DNA of 64,000 bases, from positions 401,993 to 465,992 of the forward strand of contig NW_004797760.1 of the NCBI RefSeq assembly GCF_000002075.1, written 5' to 3'. Below the pieces are notes generated by a model that was not told the origin of the DNA, searched no databases, and saw only the letters and a program-made list of their open reading frames with translations. This DNA is from Aplysia californica (Eukaryota). The translations under genes and the position numbers were made by a program. Positions 52,384 to 63,275 of this stretch are shown piece after piece (the first letter of the stretch is position 1; each line of letters starts with the position of its first letter).

Positions 52384-55300
52384 TCATCTGACTATTTGTT
52401 GTCGTTTCATCTTCCTTTCCATCTTCTTCTGCTTCTTTTCATCCACTTGCTCTTCTTGTGGGGGTGAGAAAAACCAGGGCCCAAGTATATTCACCCAAAG
52501 CATGTAAAAAGCTCTTCCAGGAACCTGAAAAAGACAAACACAATGGGTAGGTTATGAATGTCGATGGTTTAGTGGTTAAGCTCTCGGACTCGCAACCGTT
52601 ACGTCGTGGGTTCGAATCCCGTCAGGGGCCCGACATTGTGTCCTTGGGAAAGGCACTTTGCACAAATTTTCCTCACTTCACCCAGGTGGAAATGGGTACC
52701 CGGCTATAGACAGTGAACGATCTTGTCAGTTTGATAGTGTTTGAGCGCGTGAAATCCGCAGCTTGCACTGTACGCTTCCGTGGAAGCCGAGTATGTTTCT
52801 GAGTGTTCTCAGAGGGTCTGCTGGGGTAACAATAGTTGTAAAGTGCATAGAGCATGCTCTTGAGCATGGACATGCGCTATATAAATGCATTTTAAAAACA
52901 CTTCCGCCCCGCCACCATACAAAACTTTTTATACAGTGGAGTCCATATAAACTGAACACAGTGTTAATATGAAATCAGCGGTAATCTGAAAGGAAATTAA
53001 ATTCCCTTTTTTTGTCCTACTATTTGAGCAACCTCTCACTCTAAACCAAAAACTTGCCAAAGAAAATTTGGTGGTCCCCCAGATTTCAGTTTAAACAGAC
53101 TCCAGAAAGATATGAAGCTTTTCTCCATGTCAGGGGAAAAAAACATCAACATATGAAAACCAGAAATTCAGTGTACATTCTGTATCAACATTATTCAGCC
53201 GTTTTTGTTTTTTTTACTTTCAGAAAGGAGGAAAATGACCCGATTATCTTTAAAAAAAGTAATAATAGAAGAAATTGTTTTGCATGAAAACTGTGGGGGA
53301 AGCAGAAATAATACACTAATGTTTTATTACATTAATTAATGATGGAGGTGTTACCATAGCCTCCAAAAGCTCAATCATGATCAAATCTGGCATATTATCT
53401 ATCCTTCATTGATGGGTCAAGTATCCAAAGTCAAAAACAAAAGACAAGAACTTTTGACCGAAATGGGAATGTTCTGAGAGAGGAGCTAAGGATCCTGTTG
53501 TACCATCCCTACAGCATTTCTCTTGTTCAGAGCAGTAAAGCATCAACGTTTAAAAAAAAAAAGAGTAACTCAGTTTGTTTTTTTAGTTTTAGTAGAGGTT
53601 TTACGGCGCTCGCAACTGCATAAGGTCATATGAGCGCCAGAAGATTAGAGGTGTTACAAGAGAGTAACAAACATAAAAAAGAAGAAGGGGAGATAAGGAC
53701 GATAGATGTTTGATAGGAAAGAAGAAGCAAACCACACCAGAGCACCCGCCAACCACCCACAGAGTAACTCAAAATCCGCATTAGTCTTGGGACAGTACCG
53801 TAACAATACAAACTATACTTCCCTATAACTGGATCCACACTATAAATCCATTTAAAAAAACCCAAAACAAAACAGAATACAAAGAGCCCAGTTCCAACAA
53901 GTGTCACGACTCAACATTACTATACAGTAAATTACAGCACAGTAAACAGCAAAGCACACTACTCCTCCACTGGGACACCTTTATAGAACCAAGCAGTCCA
54001 TACAGGTGTCTTCAGTTCAACTCACTACACAAGTCAGTACAAAAATTACATTTCTTATCAAAATATAGCACAACTCACCAACAGCAATAACAACCAGAAG
54101 TAGTTGGACATCAGTGTTGCAACTTGAACCATAGATGTAAGGAGTATGAGATCTTTGATGTGTCTGTAGAGAGAAACAGATTTTTAAAAAAAAGAAGCAA
54201 AACTTAAAATCTTAATTCAAGTAACACTAACATGAGGGGAAAAAAACAAACATGACAGGTCTCTTGAGGGATCTTATTTCAAGCCTGAGCACTTTTGGCG
54301 ATAGGGAAGGCTGATGATAATGAAAAATCTAGAACAAAGATGTTAAAACTCCACAAACATGCCCAATAAGTAGATTAAAAATAAATATATCATACTTCAT
54401 TCTCCATAAGGCTCTTATTGTGAAATGTTTAAATAAAATAAAAAATAAACATCTTATATATGGTCGCCTCTAATGACAAGCGGGCTACCCCAGATTTCGG
54501 GGGTTTCCAGAAATCTTGACCGACACCAAAAGTGGGCATTACCCTACCAATAGGAGAAGTTTGGTTTCATTGTTGTGTGTATTTGTTTGGTTATAGAGAA
54601 AATTCTCCTTGTCTTTTAAAGAAACTAAACAAGGGGCAAAAAACTTTACCTGCGATTTTCTCAAAACTGCATTTTTTTAGATAGCCCCCTTGTGCTTAGA
54701 AGCAGGCCATCTGAAATTCTCTGATTGTAAATAACCAAAGCAAGGATTCATGAACAGCAAATATTAAATTAAGGCCTGATCAAAAGTAAAGCATGTGAAC
54801 TTAGAGAGGGGGGGGGGGGGATCACCACAATGTACATTGAGACTTCACTTGAAAAGAGGGAGTTAAGAACATGCCACAAACACACGGTGCTCACTCAGCC
54901 ATTCCTGCCTCCATGTTGAGATCCACCCCAGGGTCAATCAACTGTCCTTCATGGTATGTGGCTCGGGACATGCTGGCCATGAATTGGTACGTAGCCAGGT
55001 AGATGACGGAACACAGAACACACATGATCTGAAAAGAAGCAATAAATCTGAATTAAGCTACATATCTATTATTTTTCACAGGCATCATTTTACACAAAAT
55101 ATAAGCTGCAGCAATTGTTGGGCTAAAAATCACAAAAAATACATAAGAATATAAGTTTAAAGGAAAAGGAAAGAAACCAACAAGCAAGTGGGCTTTGCAC
55201 TGAGCGCAGCTGAATCAAGTTAGTCTTTTTTGAAAAGGCTAATTTACGTTGTATGGGAAAACACCAATTTATGATGTGCGTGAAATCACCAACTTTTAAC

Positions 55301-58300
55301 TGAATGCCTTGCTCATGTGGTGATAAGACCTGATCTTCATTCTCTACCCAAGACATAAAAGGTAGAGGAATATCATTCGGTAGCTACAAGACCACATGTA
55401 TGTGCCATCATTCGTATCTGTTCCTTGTGTCCATTATTATTATTTCCCTTATTTGTCAATCGTATTCATCTGCTTTATTTCTGTCCCGTTTCTGTCCCAG
55501 TCATGCATCGTCTGACGTATGTCTTCATTGTGCTTGATTATTAAAAGTCTACGTCAAGTCACAAAGAGTGTTGACATTTATCTATGAAGACATAAGAGAT
55601 ACATCATGACCACCATCCCTTGCCCTGCCCCGGGCTGCGGCGTGGAGTGGCCTGCATCTACGCCGACCGAGGTGTTGACACGCCTCATTGACATCCACGC
55701 CACCACAGCCCATGCAACACGAGCGAATGCACCGACTGCGGCAGCCAAGGCTGAGAAAGTGCGACGCCCTGTCGTGTCTGCATCCGGAACGAGCGAGGCG
55801 TGGTCATACTTCACCCAACGGTGGGCCGACTACAAACAAGCGACTCGCCTCACTGGTGCAGACATCGTCTTCCAGCTTCTCGAGTGCTGCGATGAATCGC
55901 TACGAAAGGATCTCACTAGGACATTCGGCGCCCTAGCCTCCAGCGGAGAGGACACTGTCTTAAAGAACATCAAGAGCCTGGCGGTGCGCCAGGAAAACAT
56001 CATGGTAGCACGGGTACAGCTACATCAAATGAAGCAAGACCGGGACGAGCCTGTCAGAGCCTTCGCCGCCCGCCTCAGGGGCCAGGCTGGGGTTTGCAAC
56101 TTCAAGATAAAATGCCCTAGGTGCCCTCCAGATGTCCACGAACCCAGCGTGGACTATAGCGATATGATGATTCGTGACGTCCTCATCCGAGGTCTAATTG
56201 ATGAGGAGATCCGACTCGACATCTTAGGTGAGTCAAAGCAGGACATGTCCCTCGAGGATGCACTCTGCTACGTGGAGGCGAAGGAGAGTGGCAAGAGGTC
56301 AGCCAGTCGCCTCGTTGAAAGCTGCTCCTACACCACGGCAGCGGCCACAAGCTCCTACAAGCGCAGTGAGAAGCTCGGCACACAGGGCAACTTGTTCCAA
56401 AGTAAGGGCCAAGCGTTCCCCTGCAATTACTGCGGAAAACTGGACCATGGGAATGGTAGACAGGAACGTATGAAGAAGTGTCCGGCATTTGGTAAAAGAT
56501 GCACCAGGTGTGGCCTATCCAATCATTTCGCCAACTTCTGCCGACAGTCGTCACGGAATCGCAACCCCTCCAATGCCCTGGATGACTCTGCTGCCGCCTT
56601 TGACAGTCTATGCGGTGCAGATTCCGCCACACCAGTGTCTAATGCGCACTCTGTATCCCTAGACCATCATGTATACAACGAGTTTTGCAGGGCATGGGAG
56701 AAGCGAGCATCCGACCCTCAGCCTTTTGTGAATGTCACCGTCCAGGCAGTGCCTTCAGATGCCCAATCTCTCGGCTTCCCGCCATCTCTGAGAGGCAGCA
56801 CCTCTCCCGTCAAGTACCAAGCTATGGCAGACACTGGGTGCCAGTCGTGCCTGGCGGGCGTAGCACTCTTGACTAGGATGAGCCTCACCCGCCGCCATCT
56901 CCTCCCTGTCAACATGAAGATGACAGCTGCGAATCGTGGGGCCATTGACATCATCGGAGCCCTTCCCCTTCGTATTTCTGGTACATCTCCGTCCAACACC
57001 AAGCTGGTGACTCACCAGATGGTGTACTTCACCACATCCACTGGTCGGGTGTTCCTAAGCAAGCAAGCCTGTGTGGCTTTGGGAATAATCCCTCCTAGCT
57101 TTCCGACCATTGGCGCCACCAGTGCAGCAATCAATTCGAAGGACAAGCCGGCTTGCGGGTGCTCACACCGCCAACCACCTCCGCCACCACCAACCTCCCT
57201 CCCGCTTCCTGCCACAGAAGAGAACAGAGAGGGCTTGGAGCAGTGGCTCCTAGATCACTACAGGTCCAGTACCTTCAACGTGTGCGAACATCAACCTCTA
57301 CCGATGATGTCTGGCCCTCCCATCCACCTCATGGTGGACCCTGACGCCCGTCCCGTGGCCCACCACACCCCCATTCCTGTCCCAGTCCATTGGCAAGACG
57401 AGGTCAAAGCCGGCCTAGATCAAGATGTGCGACTGGGGGTCATCGAGCCTGTCCCCGTCGGCACCCCAGTCACCTGGTGCCACAAGATGGTGATCTGTCC
57501 GAAGAAGTCGGGTAAACCAAGGCGCACGGTTGACCTCCAACCGCTTAACCGACATGCAACGCGGGAGACACATCACACTCAGTCTCCCTTCCACCAGGCC
57601 CGCAAAGTGCCACCCCACACGAGGAAATCGGTTTTTGACGCGTGGAATGGCTACCATAGCATCGCTCTTGCTGAAGAGGATAGACATTTGACGACGTTTA
57701 TCACCCCATGGGGTCGTTATCGCTATCTCGTGGCCCCCCAAGGCTACATATCATCCGGGGATGGATACAGCCGCCGCTTCGATGAGATTGTCGCCGACTT
57801 CCCCCACAAAACCAAATGCATTGACGACACCCTTATGTGGTCAAACTCTATTGAGGAAGCCTTTTTTCAGACCATCAAGTGGCTTGACCTATGTGGCACC
57901 AATGGCATCATACTCAACCCATCCAAGTTTCAATTCGCCAAAACTACGGTTGAGTTTGCAGGTTTCGAAATAACTCCCTCTACCGTGCGCCCATGTGCCC
58001 GCTACCTGGAGGCCATTCGACATTTCCCCACACCTCGGAACATCACCGACGTCAGGAGCTGGTTCGGTCTCATCAATCAGGTATCCTATGCCTTCGCTTC
58101 CGCCGAACGCATGCTCCCATTCCGGGAAGCCCTGAAGCCGGGGAAACGCCTCGAATGGACAGAGGAGCTCGACCGTCTGTTTGAATGGTCAAAGGAGGCC
58201 ATCATCAACGAAATCCACCAAGGGGTTGAAATATTTGACAAGAAGAAACCAACTTGCCTAGCCACCGACTGGAGCAAGGATGGCATAGGCTTCTGGCTCT

Positions 58301-61300
58301 TCCAGAAACATTGTACATGTCTTTCGGAAAAGCCATTTTGCTGCAAAACTGGCTGGAAGATCACCCTGGTCGGTGGTCGATTCACATCAGGAGCCGAGTC
58401 CCGCTATGCGCCCATAGAAGGTGAAGCCCTGGCTGTGGTTGATGCACTAGACAAAGCACGCCATTTCACCTTGGGTTGTTCCGACCTGATCGTGGCGGTG
58501 GACCACAAACCTCTTTTGAAGACGTTTGGGGACCGGTGTCTCGACGATATCCCCAATCCCCGCCTCAGGAACCTCAAGGAGAAGTCCCTTAGATATCGTT
58601 TCCGCATCGTCCACATCCCCGGTCTACGCCATGCTGCAGCAGATGCCGTCTCCCGCAGACCAGTAGGCAGCCCTAACACTCTCAGACTCCCTGATGATGC
58701 CGCTCCCATTCTGCTCCTTGATGACCCTCCCTTGACACTTGAACTGCCACACGACTTTCTTTCTGCCATCCGCACCCAGGAACTGGATGACACCAACCAG
58801 GTATGCTCCAAACCTGACCTCGCTCCAACTGAGGTGATCAAGTCAGTGACTTGGGACGAGATTCGACTTGCAACATCCAGCGACTCTACAATGACTGCTT
58901 TGAGTAACACTATTGAGGATGGGTTCCCTGAAGACAGGGCTTCTCTGTCCCCTGATCTTCGCCCATACCATCAATTCCGGGAGTTCCTCACGACATTTGA
59001 TGGTGTCATCCTGTACCACGACCGGGTAGTCATCCCCCCGTCGCTCCGTGAGCGAGTCCTCCAGTCCTTACACTCTGCTCACCAGGGCTACCTAGTTGCA
59101 GTCGACAGGTACAGTAACTGGCCTATCGTTGAAGAAGCCTCCCATGGGTCTGCCGGCCTCGTTGCCGCGTTGCGTCGCATCTTCGTCACGTATGGCATCA
59201 GTGATGAACTGACATCGGACGGAGGCCCAGAGTTCACGTCCCTGGCAACCTCAACCTTCCTTCGCAACTGGGGTGTCCACCACAGGGTCTCTTCAGTCGC
59301 CTTTCCCCACTCTAATTGTCGCGCTGAAGTTGGAGTAAAGACAGTGAAACGGTTGATCACTGACAACACGGGTGCACAAGGATCTTTAAACACTGACAAG
59401 TTCCAGCGCGCAATGCTGCAATACAGGAACACTCCTGATCGTGACACCCACCTATCCCCAGCGATGTGTATCTTTGGACATCCAATACGGGACTTCATCC
59501 CCATCCACCCAGGGAAGTATCAGCCTCACAGTACCTGGCGTGAAACCCTTCTGTCGCGAGAGGATGCACTGAGGAACCGGCACATGCGCACCGCTGAGCG
59601 CCTCTCTGAGCACACTCGCATCTTACCTCCACTCGTCGTCGGTGACTGTGTGCGCATACAGAACCAAACGGGAACCCACCCGACCAAATGGGACAAGACG
59701 GGCATTGTAGTCGAAGTACGTCAATTTGACCAGTACGTCGTTCGAGTGGATGGCTCTGGCCGCGTCACTCTTCGGAACAGAAAGTTCCTCCGCAACTACA
59801 TGCCAGTGGTCCCACGCTCACCACTGACAATGATCCCGGGTGGCACCTCACCACCACAGCCGGTGCCTCAGAATGTTCACACCCCCGGGCATGCCAAGCC
59901 CAGCGTGACCTCGCTGCCCTCTCCTTGCCCGGATCTACCACAACCAGCTGACGTTCCGGACCCCCCAGCACATGATCCATCGATGCCCAGTGTCCCCGAA
60001 TCCAGGCAAGAACTAGCACCTGATCCACGCCCTGCTGTCGAGACGGTGGTTCCACAACCTCAGGCTCAAGCCACCCCGCGTGCTCTACGTTCGCTCCAGC
60101 CGCACAACGCCCCTGGCATACAAGAGCAAGATGCTCCCATAGGCGTGAGCACGCCTCCAGGCGGCCCTCGGCGATCGGCGAGACTGTTGGCCAGACAGAG
60201 CCCCAAGTCAATTGACTCTAAATCTTATTCTGATTCAGATCATTGATCAATCATTTATTCCTTGTTGTATCACCATTATTTCTTGACATTTCATCAGTCT
60301 TTTCTGTTCTACTCCAAAGACTTGGGGGGCGTAGAGGAATATCATTCGGTAGCTACAAGACCACATGTATGTGCCATCATTCGTATCTGTTCCTTGTGTC
60401 CATTATTATTATTTCCCTTATTTGTCAATCGTATTCATCTGCTTTATTTCTGTCCCGTTTCTGTCCCAGTCATGCATCGTCTGACGTATGTCTTCATTGT
60501 GCTTGATTATTAAAAGTCTACGTCAAGTCACAAAGAGTGTTGACATTTATCTAAAAGGATTAATATTCCAATAAATAAATCATCTAAAGGTGAGAGGATT
60601 CCAACAAACGTAACGATCAAATAAAAACTGTCCTCCATCGAGGTGAGGTTTCCTTCATCCACTATTGTTTATGTATGCATTTGCTAGTTAAAAATATTAA
60701 AATAGTAACTTACCGCTGAAGTTGTTGTAAAATAGTCCCAAAACAGGAAATAGTACACAGTGTAGTAAAGGACCTAAAAGACAAAAAAAAAGACAGCTTG
60801 AATTGAATACATAATCAAGAAAAAATGGACACAATAACAAACGACCATCAACAGTAATCAATCAGTGAGTCATCTCTGAGTAACAACTAAAATCTACAGC
60901 AAACCAAGTGAAGTATTTTTGTGACCATTACCAATGCCTGTTTTATGTACATGATATGATATATGAAGTCACAGACTAACAAAGTAATTTTATTTTCAAC
61001 TTCAATGGCTAAACTTTCAGACCGAAACTTCTAAACTAAACTTGCACAAAATCTCTCTCCCCTCTCGTCTTAAGGAGCTCAAAACTTTTTTTTTCTCACT
61101 CTAGCCCTTACTCTCCATAACTACCACCATTATCCATAAACAACCCCAAAACTTTTTCAGACCGGACCAAACCCCATCTCCTGGAGGCCACTGTTTTGGA
61201 TAGAAACTGAGCCATTTCGAGCTAAACTATGAGTCAAAAAGAAAAGCCATACAAAGCTGTCCTAATTTGAGAACAAATAACCGAAACGAAATCAACCAAA

Positions 61301-63275
61301 TAACAGAGTTCTGGATTGAGTTTTTCAGTGATGATAGAGCTTTGTCCACCTTAGACCATTCATTTGGAAACTGACCACCTTTAAAATACTCAATGGTTTA
61401 TTCATTCACTGACACTGTGTCTATAGTATAGTAGGTTTCCCTTTAAGTGGATCATAAATTTGCTGACGTGATTAAATGAGTTAACAACATATGTAATATA
61501 TATATATATACACGTGACATACACAAACTTACATTTGCGGCGGCAATAACTTTTATATAAAAGCTGAGGGTACTCTTGTTTTCCTCAGCAATCTGTTTCT
61601 TGCCTTTTGTCCCTTGTTTTCCTTTCGGCTAATAAAGAAAAAAAAATCAAAAATGTTTTTTCTTATTACACGTACATAGAAGCATAAAGCCTGCTTGAAA
61701 ATTACAGGTGATTTATCAGAGGAGGAATCTAAAACAGAGAACAAAATTTACACAGGTACAGGAACAAAAAAATGGTGGTGCTACTAAACGTAAAACAAGC
61801 CAACAAGTATGTTTTTGTAGTTTGCATCTGCTTACAACTCATTATATTTATGGGGAGGAAACTTACTTTTACAAAAAGAAATATTTTTATTTTACTGTAA
61901 CAGTTACAAACCTTTGAACTGAACCATACATATTATTATTGTATGTTACACCATTACTTTCTTCTGACTCTGACTGTAACCAAAGCAGGCTACATGGTAT
62001 CTATATATAGGCCCTTAGTGATTTGGAAATGACTTTCAATGTTTTAATTGTGTAACAGAGAGCAAAAAAAAAGTCCGGAAGTTACAAAGGCTTGATTTGA
62101 GAAAATGGGGAATTATAGTGAAAATGGCATTTTTGGGGAAAATTGACTTTAAGGATGTCACCTCATCAACCATTTTCCTCATCCTCACAGATTATTTTAC
62201 GCCATGCGAGAATCTAAAAATTATGTTTTTGAAACCTTTTATCTAAAACAAAACAAGCAGGTTCATTCAGTAACATGACAAAATAACTTTGAATTTTAAC
62301 AATTATTCAACAGTCTGTTTCGGGGGGGGGGGGGGGGGGGGGGGGCACTCTCATGATCTAGAGGTTACGGTGTACGCCTCTCATACAATTTAGGTCTTAG
62401 GTTCGAAACCTGACGGTGATGGAAAATCTCTAAATTTTTCTCCTTTCACTTTTTTTCCCACTAGATCTAGATCTAGTCTCGAAAAGTGCTTACCATTCCT
62501 GTTGAACTGGGTTACTTAGGCGTACATTACAGAGTGTGGCATTGAGGAAAATACAAATGTAAACTTTATCACGTTTTATCATGTGTGTGCTGTAAATCCT
62601 TTATTTTTTTACCCGCTATCATGCTAATTAATATCAAAGGAAACATGTTGCAACTTTTCCGCAGTGACTTTTAATGAAGACAGTGTCAATTGCCACAGAG
62701 TGATGTGATGACAATTGACGCCTTGCCTTGTAGAAATTGGAGCTCTTTTACGTTAGTGAGTGTGTGCTCGGTGTTCTGCATTCGTGAACTTCCACTTACA
62801 TACGCCTCTCTCTCTCTGTATGTGTCTCTCTGTCTCTCTCTAACCACCATCCCCCAGGTGCCGGATTTATGTCCCCCGATATATATATATATAAGTGTAT
62901 TTCGCCACCTCGCCTTCCGCCCGGTCCCATCAGTCAGGCCCCTCCCTGGGCTCTGGCTCACGCATGAGCACCGAGCATCATCCATGTTATGACTTGGTCC
63001 CATCTGCAGCTCAAGTGAGTGTGCATCAGTCTGCTTGGCCTTGAGTTTGTGTGCGTTTGTGGCCTACTTCTACTTTTAGAATCGCCTGTGGTGGTTCTAC
63101 ACCGAAGAAGCTTAGGCTGGCCTACGTCTCCAGCCTAGCCTACGTCTCATTCAAAACACGCCAAGATGAAATCGACAAAAAAGCATTCCAATTAAATTAC
63201 AATAATGAATTAACGTTTGCACAGTGGTTATTGCAGAACAACAATAACTCATGGAAAAGCTAGACTTACAGGCAT
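52384..63275 (-). CDS. TMEM208: Transmembrane protein 208 (SND2, SRP-independent ER targeting), 173 aa. Exons 63270-63275, 61533-61628, 60714-60773, 54895-55028, 54079-54163, 52384-52524
   Basis: [26 protein letters not shown]...[12 protein letters not shown]...-...[27 protein letters not shown]...[18 protein letters not shown]...[13 protein letters not shown]. All introns GT-AG and in frame. The 6-nt first coding exon is the least certain. Confidence 0.93.
52560..52890 (+). mobile_element. CORE-like SINE family 1, full-length copy
   Basis: A box TGGTTTAGTGG, B box GGTTCGAATCCC, core and GCGCTATATAAAT tail. Confidence 0.85.
52933..53105. mobile_element. Small Tigger-like MITE
   Basis: TA-CAGTGGAGTCCATATAAACTGAA ... 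TTCAGTTTAAACAGACTCCA imperfect TIRs. Confidence 0.55.
53580..53760 (-). mobile_element. Short retroposon family A, well-preserved copy with 11-bp TSD
   Basis: Flanked by AGAGTAACTCA on both sides. Confidence 0.9.
55363..55584 (+). repeat. 5' LTR (222 bp, TAGA...TCTA)
   Basis: Matches 60332-60553 base for base; ATTAAA at 55540-55545. Confidence 0.95.
55606..60246 (+). CDS. Single Gag-Pol polyprotein, 1546 aa, with internally deleted integrase
   Basis: Two CCHC knuckles (CNYCGKLDH...[15 protein letters not shown]), protease ADTG, RT DAWNGY and CIDD, RNase H TDWS...EGEALA...DHKPL, integrase SDGGPEF...RAE, Pro-rich tail. Confidence 0.95.
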   Translation: MTTIPCPAPGCGVEWPASTPTEVLTRLIDIHATTAHATRANAPTAAAKAEKVRRPVVSASGTSEAWSYFTQRWADYKQATRLTGADIVFQLLECCDESLRKDLTRTFGALASSGEDTVLKNIKSLAVRQENIMVARVQLHQMKQDRDEPVRAFAARLRGQAGVCNFKIKCPRCPPDVHEPSVDYSDMMIRDVLIRGLIDEEIRLDILGESKQDMSLEDALCYVEAKESGKRSASRLVESCSYTTAAATSSYKRSEKLGTQGNLFQSKGQAFPCNYCGKLDHGNGRQERMKKCPAFGKRCTRCGLSNHFANFCRQSSRNRNPSNALDDSAAAFDSLCGADSATPVSNAHSVSLDHHVYNEFCRAWEKRASDPQPFVNVTVQAVPSDAQSLGFPPSLRGSTSPVKYQAMADTGCQSCLAGVALLTRMSLTRRHLLPVNMKMTAANRGAIDIIGALPLRISGTSPSNTKLVTHQMVYFTTSTGRVFLSKQACVALGIIPPSFPTIGATSAAINSKDKPACGCSHRQPPPPPPTSLPLPATEENREGLEQWLLDHYRSSTFNVCEHQPLPMMSGPPIHLMVDPDARPVAHHTPIPVPVHWQDEVKAGLDQDVRLGVIEPVPVGTPVTWCHKMVICPKKSGKPRRTVDLQPLNRHATRETHHTQSPFHQARKVPPHTRKSVFDAWNGYHSIALAEEDRHLTTFITPWGRYRYLVAPQGYISSGDGYSRRFDEIVADFPHKTKCIDDTLMWSNSIEEAFFQTIKWLDLCGTNGIILNPSKFQFAKTTVEFAGFEITPSTVRPCARYLEAIRHFPTPRNITDVRSWFGLINQVSYAFASAERMLPFREALKPGKRLEWTEELDRLFEWSKEAIINEIHQGVEIFDKKKPTCLATDWSKDGIGFWLFQKHCTCLSEKPFCCKTGWKITLVGGRFTSGAESRYAPIEGEALAVVDALDKARHFTLGCSDLIVAVDHKPLLKTFGDRCLDDIPNPRLRNLKEKSLRYRFRIVHIPGLRHAAADAVSRRPVGSPNTLRLPDDAAPILLLDDPPLTLELPHDFLSAIRTQELDDTNQVCSKPDLAPTEVIKSVTWDEIRLATSSDSTMTALSNTIEDGFPEDRASLSPDLRPYHQFREFLTTFDGVILYHDRVVIPPSLRERVLQSLHSAHQGYLVAVDRYSNWPIVEEASHGSAGLVAALRRIFVTYGISDELTSDGGPEFTSLATSTFLRNWGVHHRVSSVAFPHSNCRAEVGVKTVKRLITDNTGAQGSLNTDKFQRAMLQYRNTPDRDTHLSPAMCIFGHPIRDFIPIHPGKYQPHSTWRETLLSREDALRNRHMRTAERLSEHTRILPPLVVGDCVRIQNQTGTHPTKWDKTGIVVEVRQFDQYVVRVDGSGRVTLRNRKFLRNYMPVVPRSPLTMIPGGTSPPQPVPQNVHTPGHAKPSVTSLPSPCPDLPQPADVPDPPAHDPSMPSVPESRQELAPDPRPAVETVVPQPQAQATPRALRSLQPHNAPGIQEQDAPIGVSTPPGGPRRSARLLARQSPKSIDSKSYSDSDH
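60332..60553 (+). repeat. 3' LTR (222 bp)
   Basis: Identical to the 5' LTR; preceded by AAAGACTTGGGGGGCG. Confidence 0.95.
62342..62450 (+). mobile_element. SINE family C head fragment
   Basis: TGATCTAGAGG A-like box, GGTTCGAAACC B box, then CTCTAAATTTTTCTCCTTTCAC as in 15805-15920. Confidence 0.55.

Larger units (their letters stand above)
55363..60553 (+). mobile_element. Complete Ty3/Gypsy LTR retrotransposon (5191 bp), antisense in TMEM208 intron 3
   Basis: Identical 222-bp LTRs; TSD AAAGG at 55358-55362 and 60554-60558; domain order gag-PR-RT-RNaseH-IN; G-rich PPT-like tract just before the 3' LTR. Confidence 0.97.

Noticed and set aside
56183-60211. Antisense and alternate-frame ORFs within gag-pol
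   Set aside because: Expected shadows of a GC-rich long ORF; no motifs.
59800-60330. Chromodomain or env gene in the Gypsy element
   Set aside because: The C-terminus is low-complexity and Pro-rich with no chromodomain aromatic pattern, and only 85 bp separate the stop codon from the 3' LTR.
61328-61375. C/D box snoRNA-like GTGATGA...CTGA
   Set aside because: Opposite strand to the host intron, too short, and no terminal stem.
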